A DNA stretch of 64,000 bases from Klebsormidium nitens (Eukaryota > Plantae > Klebsormidiophyceae). Where the stretch lies: NCBI GenBank assembly GCA_000708835.1, contig DF236958.1:62001-126000 (forward strand). Reading direction: 5' to 3'. Every line of letters starts with the position of its first letter. Position 1 is the first letter of the stretch. Both the position numbers and the translations under genes were made by a program. Below are positions 34,063 to 45,513 of this stretch, piece after piece. The notes under the pieces were generated by a model. It worked only from the letters and a program-made list of their open reading frames with translations. It did no database searches and was not told the origin of the DNA.

Positions 34063-37013
34063 GATTTGTCAAGGCGGCGCAGAAGGCGAGACAAGCAGTT
34101 CTTGACGTCAAATGGCTAATGATCTGGAGCAGCTCCAATATGGATGCTTGTATATGTCTGGTCACCCATTCACCCGAGAGAGGGTGAGTTCCCGGCATCC
34201 ACGAACAAAAAGCGGCACTTTTGCCAAGACTGGAAAACACGTTGAGACATGGGTTGGTTTTATTAGGCCCCACATCGGAGCGCCAGATGCATCAGCGGCT
34301 CTTAACGCATTTTATGGTCGTGGAACATTGCCAGACTGGCACACAATGCTCACCGCACGATGACAAAACATCGGCACGATCGTACGGTTTCAAATGCACA
34401 CCACCGTAATTAGGAAGGCTTACGGGGTGAAGTGCATTCCCCCATGACTCTACCGGTACCGTATCTTACAAAAGTTGGACTGAGCGTCCCAACGTTGACT
34501 TCGACGCCATTTATGTTGACAGAAGATTCGAATTCAGAGAAATGTGCGCTTTTAAAACAACCCCGATTAGGTTAGTCGATGACGTCATGTACAGTACAGG
34601 TACGCCACTCGATCGTGCAGAAATCTCATTGCGCTAAAAGTAGTATGAATTGCTTCTGGCTATGGACCGCGGCTTCAACGCCGTAGATTTTGTTTTCTTA
34701 GTTGCCACATGGCGGTCACAGCTGAGTCTCCGAGTTGTGATTCCATGAGCCCACGTCATGGTCATTATGATAGTCTGAAACGCGGCAACTAAATGTCTGA
34801 CAATTCGATGTCAGGTGACTCAGGTCCCCGCAAGAGACAAAAGGTCAACCGCATGGATGTTGACCTACCGTAGAGACATTCCCATTCGCACTGAAATAAT
34901 CCATTGCGAAATATCGAAATTAAGATGTGGGCATGGTGCGAAAACGCGAAGTGAAAGAAGATCCAAAACCAGCATCAAAAGGTGCAAAACAGGCCTAAAA
35001 CACAGTAAAATGGGCTCGGTGTGAAATAATAAAAACTACCCCATAAGCTGGTGCGAAATGCCAGAACTTTAGAAATTGATTATTCGCACCATGCTGGTGT
35101 GAATGACAATGTCTGTACGGTATTAAAAGCAATAAAGAAACGTTTTCTTTCTCGGGGTTTTGATTTTGATCAAAACCCCGTAGAGACCGCCCGCGTGAAA
35201 GGCCATGAAGCCGCGTAAATAGCCGAAGCTTCAAGCCATCCACTTGGGAATTACGGACGGTTCCCCACTTGCCCGTGACTTCGGGAACTCTTTCTCAAGT
35301 CGGCGGCAATGATCACCGGTATGGTACCATCTACGGGTACCGTACGGTATTCCGTTCCCCCAATCAGACGGTGGGGCTAGGTATTACGGTACCCCCACAC
35401 TTAAGTGGAAAGTGTCGACATCTGTTAAGACTGGCTGGGCGAAGGGGCGAGTGGCCCCGGTTCGGCTGGTTTTGGAACCTTACCTCATTTTTTGTCGACA
35501 TCAAAGTCACACCAAAAAAAGGGGGACCCGCAAGATGTGTCGACATCATTGCAAAAGAGGGTTTCGGAGGAATTAGGAGTGTTAGGAACAGTGCTTGAGC
35601 CCTTATATCCCCTCCAACCCCTCAGCCTAACCCCACCCTTCTTCGCCTGGGGAGCTTAGAGTTTTGCAGTCTACGAGCGTGGGAGCCCCTGGTAGGTATG
35701 CGGGTGGCGGTGCTGCGGTACGAACAGAAAGAGATCAAGGATTTTTGGCAACTGTTTTGGTGTATGGTACGGTAGGTATGTCTAACACCCCACTCCGGGT
35801 CGGAAGGCCGGCGGGTGTGCACTGAGCATTTCTGCGAGGTCCGAGTCGAATTTGGAACGTCAGTCTGCGTCTGTGCAATGTGCAAAGATGCCTTCTTGCG
35901 TCAGCAAAAGCACAAGGGGCCAAGGGGACCAAAGGCGCTGGTAAAGCGAGAGTCGAGCGCAATTGACATGCCAGTGGACTGGACAAATTCCTTTGAATTG
36001 GAGCTGATCTTCAAGGAGCTCTTCTCTTCGTTTGCTGTGGTGGCTTTCAACGACGTGAAACTCGATCATTAGGCTGGTCAAATAGTGCATTGGACTGCAA
36101 TCTGGCAGCATTGATCGTCTTCCCGCGAGGTGGCTACACTGAATTGAATCAGGTGAGCATTGATTTTCGAGCTCAGCGGGCATGCTCATAATCTATGTGG
36201 TTTGTCTGAAACCGGGCATCAGCCTTCATGGAGTTCTATTGCTCGCTGAGCCAACCTATTTTGAAAACCGGGTTTGCCAAAAGCTCGCTGAAACGCATGC
36301 CACTTGCACATATGGCATCGTTAATCAGGTTACATCTTGTCATATGAAAGGTCTTGTCAGTCAGCTGTAAGACTGCACTGCAGAAGCGACAGCAGGGCAT
36401 TGTCCAGTCTCTTTCTTAGGTGGTCATCTTGTCTTCCGCCTTCATTACGAACGGTCTGATTGTGCTGCAGGGAGGGCTATTCTGTCTTCATGCTGGCCTG
36501 ATGAAGTGATGTCTCAGAAACAAAGGCTTGCTTGACATTCTGCAACGGCAACAACCCGGGCGGCAACTCGCGTCAGGAAAAGTCTATGTTTTATTTCATA
36601 AACATCATTTAGCTCAATGAAACCGTCCAAATCAGGTCCGCCGATGGCAGGAGTGCTTCTATGTTGTCCCTTTTGACTGCAACGACTCCGTGTCTGCTAC
36701 TAGAATAGGGCAGGCAGGGACTTGTCAAACGAAGCCTGCTTGAGAGTACTTGCAGACTTAAGCCTTGGAAGCGCATCAGATAGAGACAACGTCGTTGATG
36801 AAATTCCCCTGTCTCAAGAGGTTGTTTCAAAACCTTGCTTCTTGGAGCCGTCTAACTTCACATTATACCGGATCAACAACATACGCCGCCACAACAAGCA
36901 GCTGTGGAGACACGCTCCTTCTTGATTGCAATTCAACTCCCAATGCTGACACATGTCCTGACACCCCCCTTGCAGGACGATTCCGCTTGGAGCAGATTCC
37001 AGTCCCAAAACCT

Positions 37014-39617
37014 ATGGCTTCCCTCTGGGTGTTCAAGTTCTTCCTGCTCCTCTTCCTTGTGAGCGATTCGCACTGCCTCACCATAGAGGAGATCGAGACC
37101 TTGATCAAGGGACCGCTTGCTCCTCAGCAAAGCCTCAAGCTGCCTGGCCGCGGACTGGGCGGTACAATCCCCCCCGCTCTGGGGTCGTTTACCAATCTCA
37201 CCGCAATCGACCTGTCGGACAACAATCTGACGGGCCCAATTCCCCCCGAATTGAGCAGGCTTCGTCGCCTGGTGACACTCAAGCTCGCCGGGAACCGCTT
37301 GACGGGAGGGATCCCCGCAGAGTTTGGCAACTTCTCCAATAATCTCGCAAACCTCTTCTTGTCGGGGAACCGTTTGTCCGGGCCTTTGCCTCCAAGCATC
37401 GGCATTATCCCCCGGCTCGTGACGCTGGATGTTTCCCGCAATCAGCTGTCAGGGTCTATCCCGCCAACGATTGGCAACCTGTCCTATCTCGGGACGCTCC
37501 AGCTTGCCGACAACCAACTTTCCGGCAGGATTCCAGGCGAGATTGGCGACCTGGGGGGTGCGGTCAGCCTGTTCCCGACTTCAGGACTGAATCTGTCCTA
37601 CAACAACCTCTCCGGTCCAATTCCAGCTAGTTTGGGTCGGCTCACCGGGCTTTATTATCTCGACCTGTCCTCCAACGGTCTGTCAGGAGCCTTCCCGTTC
37701 TCGTTTGCCAAGTTTCTCAAGCTCGAGTTTCTGGACCTCTCGTACAACTCGTTATCTGGGCCGTGTCCTACTTTTGGCAAGCTGCCGCTTCTTGGTGCAA
37801 TCCTGCTCAGGAATAACGGCTTTTCGGGGCCCATCTCCAGCAGCATTGGCCAGTGCCCCATTCTTTACGGCCTGGATCTCAGGAACAATAGCTTCTCAGG
37901 GCCGATCCCCCCTGCCCTGGGCTCGTTCCGGATCATGGACACTTTGCTCCTGAGTGACAACCAGCTCACGGGTACGGTCCCAGTGGAGCTTGCAGGGTTA
38001 ACCCGGTTAACGTTCCTGGGTATTGCTGGCAATAACCTGACTGGGCCCATGCCTGCGGAGCTCGCGGGGCTTTTGAAGCTGACGTTGCTTGACGTGTCAC
38101 GAAACCCGGCATCGCTGGGGAACCTCCCATCGAACTTTAGCCGGCTGCACAACCTGACGCAGCTCAGTCTGCCGGGCCCTGACATCCCCGCGTGGCTCCG
38201 GTCCTCCAGAAGTCTCCGTGCCATTAGCTTTGCCGGCGCGCAGGGGGGCTGTCCTGTAAGGGGCCGCGAGTTGGATCTGTCGCTCCTCCCCCAAACCTGC
38301 AAGTATGTCTCACTGCGGGACCACTGCCCACGGCTGCGCGCGCTCAGGCTGTGGGACGCCTGCGACAGCGGCTGCGCGATCAATTTGATCGGAACGCGCG
38401 CGCGCCTCGCTCGGAGGACCCGGGAGGAGGTGTGCTTGGGGAGGGCCTCCGCCTTCCTGCAGGGCGACTCGCCGGACTTTCAAACGGGACGTGACGGCGA
38501 AATCTTCTTACAAAATCGCCAGGTCAACCTGTCCCTGTTCGACCCCGACTTTGTGGATCGTGTGGACTTGGGCCCCGACGGAGAAGCGTATACCGGCGTG
38601 AGCTTCGTTAAAGTGCAGCGGGGCAACCTGTGTGGCAATTCCGAGGCGCTCACTGTCATATTCATCCTTTACTCGGTCTTTGGGGCGGGCGCACTGCTGG
38701 GGTCTGCAGGCGCGTGGTTGCTGGCGCGCCGCCTACGGAAACAGGTCCCCAAACCCGAGCCTCGGCCTTCCACATGGGTGACATTCCTGAAGCGGCTGCC
38801 TTATGCAGAAAAAGTCGTCACTGTTGTATCGACGAAGGCGATTCCCACGGGGGTTTATTTATGGGGGGTCCTCGGGCTCGGCTTGACATATTACGACCTC
38901 GGGACGGATATCTTGGTGCTACGAGAGCTCTATGGGGCGTGGCCATTTTGGGTAGGCCTGGCCAGTCTCCTGGCTTCTGTGGTGGCAGCGGCGATCACGG
39001 CGACGATCGTGCTCCTGCACAAGGGGCTCCCTTCGGGGCACGTCTCGTTCACCTTTGACGCGTTTCTCCCTCGCAGTCTGCCTCTGAAGGAGCGAGCCCC
39101 CCCACTCCCGCTCTCGGCAGGGCAGTCCCTAGCCATACTCGTACTTTGGCCTTTGGCCGTGCCTTTGGTGCTGCTTTTGGACCTTCTGGGAGTTTTGGAT
39201 CGGGTTGGGGTGCACATAAAGGCACAAGGTACGGTCTTCCTCATGGAGCCGTGGCTTGACGCGCGCGGCTTTCTCGATACTTTGCTGCGGAGCGTCCCTT
39301 CCGTGATTCTCCAGACGGTCGTTTATTGGCTGGGCAGTTCAAGGTCGACGAGGCTTTACTTCGATGAGGTCCTCTTCATCCAGTCTAGCACCGGTGCTCT
39401 GAGTACCATGCTTTACCAGATTATTGATGCTTCCTGGGAAGCCTTTTATTCTCCCAGGCCTGAGTATCCTTGGAACCCCGTGGCAAGGCGCTTGAGTAAC
39501 GTAAAAAGGTCTTGGAAGGTAGACAAAAATGAGGATGTTGGTGAGGAAGATTCTCTGAAGCTGGGGGTTTCCTCGAATGCGGGCTTCGTCGATAAGAGTG
39601 GCGACCTTTACCCTTGA
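37014..39617 (+). CDS. Intronless LRR receptor-like protein, 867 aa: signal peptide, about 13 canonical plus about 3 degenerate plant-type LRRs, Cys-rich spacer, TM anchor and XK-related-like multipass domain; no kinase
   Basis: The ORF 36765-39617 probably starts at ATG 37014 (MASLWVFKFFLLLFLVSDSHC). It has 24-aa repeats LxxLxxLDLSxNxLSGxIP, an NLCGN cap, and a TM followed by RRLRK. Next come TYYDLGTDILVL, several more hydrophobic helices and FLDTLLRSVPSVILQTVVY. Confidence 0.9.
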   Translation: MASLWVFKFFLLLFLVSDSHCLTIEEIETLIKGPLAPQQSLKLPGRGLGGTIPPALGSFTNLTAIDLSDNNLTGPIPPELSRLRRLVTLKLAGNRLTGGIPAEFGNFSNNLANLFLSGNRLSGPLPPSIGIIPRLVTLDVSRNQLSGSIPPTIGNLSYLGTLQLADNQLSGRIPGEIGDLGGAVSLFPTSGLNLSYNNLSGPIPASLGRLTGLYYLDLSSNGLSGAFPFSFAKFLKLEFLDLSYNSLSGPCPTFGKLPLLGAILLRNNGFSGPISSSIGQCPILYGLDLRNNSFSGPIPPALGSFRIMDTLLLSDNQLTGTVPVELAGLTRLTFLGIAGNNLTGPMPAELAGLLKLTLLDVSRNPASLGNLPSNFSRLHNLTQLSLPGPDIPAWLRSSRSLRAISFAGAQGGCPVRGRELDLSLLPQTCKYVSLRDHCPRLRALRLWDACDSGCAINLIGTRARLARRTREEVCLGRASAFLQGDSPDFQTGRDGEIFLQNRQVNLSLFDPDFVDRVDLGPDGEAYTGVSFVKVQRGNLCGNSEALTVIFILYSVFGAGALLGSAGAWLLARRLRKQVPKPEPRPSTWVTFLKRLPYAEKVVTVVSTKAIPTGVYLWGVLGLGLTYYDLGTDILVLRELYGAWPFWVGLASLLASVVAAAITATIVLLHKGLPSGHVSFTFDAFLPRSLPLKERAPPLPLSAGQSLAILVLWPLAVPLVLLLDLLGVLDRVGVHIKAQGTVFLMEPWLDARGFLDTLLRSVPSVILQTVVYWLGSSRSTRLYFDEVLFIQSSTGALSTMLYQIIDASWEAFYSPRPEYPWNPVARRLSNVKRSWKVDKNEDVGEEDSLKLGVSSNAGFVDKSGDLYP

Positions 39618-40826
39618 GATGTTCTCCTCGATGATCGATTCCCTCTTGTTGCGTGTAGAAGTTGGGAAATCAATCATCATTAAACGGTCCGGTAGATTGC
39701 ATTCGGTAGATCGTCATCTTGCACTTTACGCATTCGGTTTATGCATGTACGAAATGTGCCTAGGTCGAACTCCACATGATGAGTGCCGTAGTCTCGCCAA
39801 ACTCTGCAGGAAGATCATGATTTGAGAGCGACCGCAGGGCCTACCGTGTATCCGATAACACATAAAGGTTCTTAAAGAAAAACTTCTTATGGGGGAGGCG
39901 GGTTGAGGATCCCCAAGACCAAGCTAAAAACAAACAATATTGATATACAAAACAGTGTGTTGGCCAAGCCAACTCAATGTCAGAATTGAGTGCCCTCAAA
40001 TGTCAATGATACGACCAGAAGCAGCAGCCGTGACAAGATCTCCGCGGCCAATGAAACCTGACATCACTAGAGGCCTCGCTCCTATTGGGGCGCCGAGACC
40101 GTGCCCTGGGGCGCCCGTGCGGGGGCCGCATCGCGGCTATGGATAGCGACCGCGTCGCACAGACCTGCCGCCCGCGCTAGTCCCGTTAATAGCGGGCCCG
40201 CCGTACGTGGGCGGGTCGGGCGCGGCCGCGCCAATCCAGGGCCGCGGCGCCCGTGTCAATCTGCATTGTATGCAGAATTGCAGCGAGTCCGACTCTACAT
40301 TACCATGTGGATAACGGCACTGATAAGTGGAAATTCCTACTGCAATTGCTTGCAAGCTTACCATAGAAAACAAGACACGACACGACGAGCTGCATAGACG
40401 GCAGCTACTGGTACTCACTGAGCACTGGCGGATTGGCAATAACTTGCTCATGCATGCTCATGTCATGGACGTGTTACATAAGCTTCATCCAAAATCTGCA
40501 TCGACTTTGGAAATACATCCTATTGCAAGCAGCTAGCAAGTAACTTCACAATTATAAGTGCAGAGATTGCGCATACCAGTTCATATTGCAACCGATCAAG
40601 CGGCAGACTTGTCTTGGGGATCTGGTCATAGAGTACAACACCTGGCAACATTCTGCACGGGGTGCTCTTTGTCAAGCACAGTACGTTCCAGTCCTTTGGC
40701 ACCTGCCGTAGATATCGCGGCAAGGATACGTTTTGTCAAGACTGAGGGGCCGACACTGTCCCTCAGCGCGTCAATGCCACAGTGTTTTGCTCTTATTCAA
40801 TCATTGGGGTTTGACTGCAGGGGGTC

Positions 40827-43800
40827 ATGGCGAAAGGAAGAGACGTCACTGAGGACTATGACGTCCCTGAAGGCCACACAATTGTGGAGATTCTGAACTA
40901 CCAACCTGACGCAAGCTACCGGGGCAAGTTTGACATCAAGCACCTGGTGAGCGTTTTGTTCTTGCAACCTTTGGTTTTGCAGCATGCCAGGGGGCTAATT
41001 CTTTAGTCATGTGTGGGCGACCCTTGCCGAGATTAAAGACCTTCTTTCAACATTCTTTCTTCAATTCACAGATGGAGATTGTTCCTGTTTATACTTGCGT
41101 CTCCTGGATTCAGGGTACTAATGAAGATTGAACGTAATGTCGTTGATGTTTCGTAGATTTGCTTTTTGTCGAATCGTGAATTTTGATCTGCCACAGGTCT
41201 TAATCAGAATTACGGTTTTCGTACCTAAACGACTCTATCAGGCAGCTGCTGGGCTGGCAGGCTCTTGTCAAAACCAGGCCCTGTCCTAGAGTCAACCTTC
41301 ATTCATAACCCAGGTCAATCCAAGAATGACCCTCAAGTCTGCCAACCGTACTGAAGCATCCGACAGCTGTCAGAATCGCGCCTCCCTAGATCTATCCCAC
41401 AGACAACCCCGCTTAGAGAAAGAATTGTTCCAACTCCAACAGACTCCCAACAAGTACCTGCATGTTTCTTCCTTAGTGAGAACCCCGCAACTAATGCTGC
41501 ATTCTCACTTGCAGGTAATCTGGACGTTTGGAGACTATACGGTGCACATCACAAACGCAGGCATCCCGATCCACCATCTTCTCAGTCCCATCATTGGGCT
41601 CAGTGCTGAGGATGCGCGGAAGCGAGCCCCCCGGGTGAAGGCACATATGGAAGCCAACAAGCAGCGCGCCAACGACACCACCATCAAGTACCAGGAGACC
41701 GGGGGCCAGTGAGTGTAATATCCTTTGTTAAGTTTCCTTTATCTTTTTGCTACCTTCGTTTTCCTACTATAGCAAACGAAGTTCCTCAGGTGCTGCACTT
41801 CGGAGTCCCGCATGCGCCACTTTTAATCCGAGTCGTTCTCGAACTTCACCAAAATATGGACACTGTAGTGCCATGTGGAGCAAAGGGCTGCCACCTGCCT
41901 CCCGGCGCCAGCTGTCACTTGCCTGACCTTCAAATCTGTGGAGTCGCGAGAATCTGGAAGTTTTCCAAGCGGCGTGCAGCGCATGCAGTCTGAATGTCTC
42001 GTCAAAAGGTAAACCGTCCTTGTGCAGGGACACGCTTGCGGTGAATGCGATTGGTGTCGACTACATCCTGCACGACTACATTTGTCCACAGATCCCGAGG
42101 GAGCGGCGCGAGAAGTTTGCACGGCGTTACGCAGCCATGCTGCACAATATCCTGAAGCGGCTCGAGGTAAGTCTCTGCGACCGCCAAAGTCGAGAGCTCT
42201 TTCGTGATACCTGTCCCTGTCGTACGAAGCATGCTTTGGGAACAAGTCGTCAAGCGGCTTAGATTAGAACTTGGACTTGCAGGTATTCTTTGAGAGCACA
42301 ATCTTTTGATACAGACCTGGTACCAGTCGCTCTCACGAAACAGCGTGAATCAGAGAACAGGCCAAATTCGACTCGCGACAGCTGTCTAGTTAGTGGGCAC
42401 TTTCAGTTCAAGCGTTCTTTACAGGGTTGCATGTCTCACTCCCCGATGTTTGCCCCTGCAATAAAGGAATCGGCTGCTTAGAATTGAAGAAGACATCGGC
42501 ATTTCTTAGGCATTTATTGACCTGCTCAACCTTTGGATTCAAAGAAAATAGTGGGCTGCTCTTCGGAAGAGGTAGCCCCCTTTAAATCTGCTTGTTACAA
42601 CAGAGTCCGCTTTCCTCGATCAGGATTCAGGCGTGAGGATGTGTCACACATTATCCAATTTGTGATTCTGGGAGATCTATCCAAGCCCGCGACTATCCCG
42701 CCAGATTGCCTGTCAAATACTCGACACCAAACCTGGAAGTCCATACCAGAAGCCGACCCCCGGAACAAGAAGCCTAAAACTCCTTAATTCATCTCCCGTA
42801 ACACAAATTTCAAGAAGCGGAGTTCCAGACAATCAGACTTGAAACTTCTCGTCTGTTCCAGATGCTTGCCGGGAGGGTCATCAGGCGGCTAAAGGCGGGC
42901 AGCCGCAACTACAACGACCTTCTTCTGCCCGGTCCTTTAGCCCAACCCGCCAAACCCGCGGGCCCAGCGCTGGTCATCTTGTCGCGCGTGCGCCCATCGG
43001 ACATGCTGCGCCTCCCCCGGCCCTTCCCGCCGCTGCTGAACGCCTCCCCCCAAAATCCGCTGCTGAGAATGCCCCCCGCGCCGAACCTGTTGCCGCCGCT
43101 GCCCCCCTCGGAATCGCCACGCGCGCCAAGTCCTCGGCCAAGACCGTCCCTGCTCGTCGCAACGTCGAACCCGCTGATTCCGCTGACCCTGAGTCCGCTG
43201 CTCGGGCGCCGGAATCCGGCGCAGCCGACTCCGAAGGCGCTTCCACTGAGCCGGAATCCACCTCGCCAGCCTCCGACGCAAGCTCTCCCAGCCCCCCCGA
43301 GCCAAAGCGGAGACGGCTGGCGGGACTTGGAGAGGTTAACGGGGCGTTTAGCGGGGTGGTTCATGGCGCGGTTAGCGCAGCGGAGGCCGACTCCGAAGCG
43401 TCTGAAGCGGGGACGGAGAGGAAGTGGGAAACTAAGCCGGAGGGGGGGAAGAAGAAAGAGGGAGCCAAGCTGAATCACTGCGGGTGCTCAAAAGTAGACG
43501 AAGCCGACTTTCGGGCGTATGAACAAGAGGAGAGCCGGGTGATGGCCCTCAGCCTGCGTCTTATGCAGAGCATAATCGAGCAGCAGGTGAGTGACGGTAA
43601 AAGGACACCACAGGAACGGGATGCTAAGCCAGCTGCGGTGACAGTTCGTCACAAATCTGTTTTGTGTCGAGTTTTGCGTCGGAAGCTTTCTTTTTACACG
43701 GACTTGGTTTCGCTTGTCGCTTTGATCGGTCATCGGATCTTTCATACACGGTCACGAGCCTCGCAAGCTTTACTTAGGAGATTCATCTGAGAAGAGTCGT

Positions 43801-45209
43801 GTCCCCCTCCGGCTTCCTAGAAGGCGGCGTATCGTTATGCTTGTCCGGAGGTTCAGTGCTGCCGAATCGAATGTGTGTAAAAGTGTCCTGTCTTGACCAA
43901 CGCGTTGGCCCCCCTTTGCTTCCGTTTTTCCAGCCGTGTGTTCAAAAACTCTATTTTTCTCGACAAGCGCGAGTATGCCAACCTCCTTGATTGGCCCCGA
44001 TTTTCCTTGAGCAGAGTGCTTGCCAATCTCCGCGAGACTGCGTCCTGGATTTTCACTCCTGCTCCGACCCGTTCGAGATGAGAGTCCTTACAAACATCTT
44101 TGTGTTCTCTGTTCTTGTAGCCGGCGCATGAGAGGCTGTCGTTCCTACAGGAGCTGTGCACTAGAAACGGGTACGGATGCAATCTGGTGCGAGTGGCTCC
44201 ACCGTAAGTCCTATTCCGCAAAGCTTTCCGTTGTTCTTGCCCGATGTGGTTGCCTCTTTCTGATGAAAGAAAACTTGACAGGATGCCTCGACCATTATCG
44301 TTGCATCTCTCAGATCCTTGTCAGATTGGGAAAGGTGACCTATGTCTTTTGCCTTGTTGACTCGCTTGATTGTTAGTTCGGAGTCTTATTTGCGATGAAG
44401 CAGCATATAAAAAAGGAGTTTCCTGTTTATTGAAGACTTGAGTTAAATCAGAAGCCCCCATTTGTGACCGTTTACCACTCCGGCTTGGAAAGCCTTCGGT
44501 GTGATATCGGTTCGCAAGCATAAAGACCAGAGCGAGGACCCTAACAGTGCCACGGCGTCAAAGCAGGTACTTCGTGAAAGTTGCTCTCTTTGCCGTAACC
44601 AGTCCTTTCAACTCGACGAGCTTTACCTTTAATGCTGCAACCACCTTTTCCATTGTATGTACACATCATCGACCAGAAGCCCACACCACTCCTCCTTTTT
44701 TCATTTGCTTTTAATTTGCTTTTGATTAAGTGATAATTGTTAAAATCATAATAATAATTAAAGTCTAAAATGTTATCTCCGCCCCAGGCCCCAAACGCCC
44801 CTCGAGCTGCTGCACGGTCCCCTCGCCCCGGTCATCGCCACCCTTGACTACGTCATCGAACACGTGGCTTCCGTCATCAAGGAAGCGCCCATCAAGTCCG
44901 CCATCGAGGCCGTGATGCAAGATGATACGGACGTCCGGAAGCTGTACAACTGGAAGGCGAACCTGTCCGCAAGCGGCGAGTACTGCTTCACGCACGACCC
45001 GAAGCGTCCGGGAAAGCCGCCCGTAGAGGACACGCCGTATGGAGCAGCTCCGGCGCAACTTGTGAGTGACACGTGTCGATATCTTCAGTTTCATGTTTCG
45101 GTCGGTTTTGAGGCTTTGGTTTCCGGTTTCAAAGAAATACAGCCGGCACGCAATCAGGAGGGGCAAGGCTCGGCGGTGTACAGACTGCGCCCCCGAGTGA
45201 GCGACTTGT
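40827..45209 (+). CDS. Spliced hypothetical gene with a Bro-N/antirepressor-like N-terminal segment and an NLS-like PKRRR; middle and 3' structure unresolved, possibly disabled
   Basis: Phase-compatible exons 40827-40946, 41515-41708 and 42028-42166 give ...VIWTFGDYTVHITNAGIPIHHLLSPIIGLSAEDARK...YQETGGQDTLAVNAIGVDYILHDYICPQIPRERREKFARRYAAMLHNILKRLE. Further coding-like exons lie at about 42862/42885-43586, 44788-45061 and 45148-45209. A frameshift or an alternative acceptor is needed near 42.9 kb, and a linking exon near 44 kb was not found. Confidence 0.55.
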
Positions 45210-45380
45210 GAATGATTTGACGGGATTTGGAGCAGTTTTGGGAGTTGTTGGCGATTTTAGCATCAAGAAACGCACCTGATCACATGTCGGTAGAGGACGC
45301 ACCGCACAGGCCGTAAGACCAGCTGCGCTCAACATTCAAGTGGTGTGCCTGCATTCCATGCCTCCAGACAATCAATTTCT

Positions 45381-45513
45381 GGGTTTGGGTTTTGGGTTTT
45401 GGGTTTTGGGTTTTGGGTTTTGGGTTTTGGGTTTTGGGTTTTGGGTTTGGGTTTGGGTTTGGGTTTGGGTTTGGGTTTGAGTTTGGATTCTGGGGCTGGG
45501 TCTGGGTTTGGGG
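45381..45513 (+). repeat. Telomere-like (GGGTTTT)8/(GGGTTT)7 tract, potential G-quadruplex
   Basis: Fifteen consecutive GGG runs at 45381-45478, then degenerate copies. There is no A, unlike TTTAGGG or TTTTAGGG. Confidence 0.95.

Noticed and set aside
34400-35420. Possible terminal inverted repeats of a DNA transposon between the GPI and LRR genes
   Set aside because: Only 8-bp matches (ccgtaatt/aattacgg) and short palindromes were found, with no TSD or transposase.
36765-37013. 83-aa N-terminal extension of the LRR ORF shown in the ORF track (TTG start)
   Set aside because: A clear signal peptide starts at ATG 37014; the upstream part has no signal features and begins at a non-ATG codon.
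41773-42008. Apparent exon with AG/GT ends inside the Bro-N-like gene
   Set aside because: It contains stops in the phase-compatible frames, and skipping it gives a clean in-frame junction.
42909-43478. Long antisense ORFs over GC-rich exons (also 38630-39058, 55583-55969, 13575-14003)
   Set aside because: They are shadow or alternative frames of real coding sequence, expected at this GC content.
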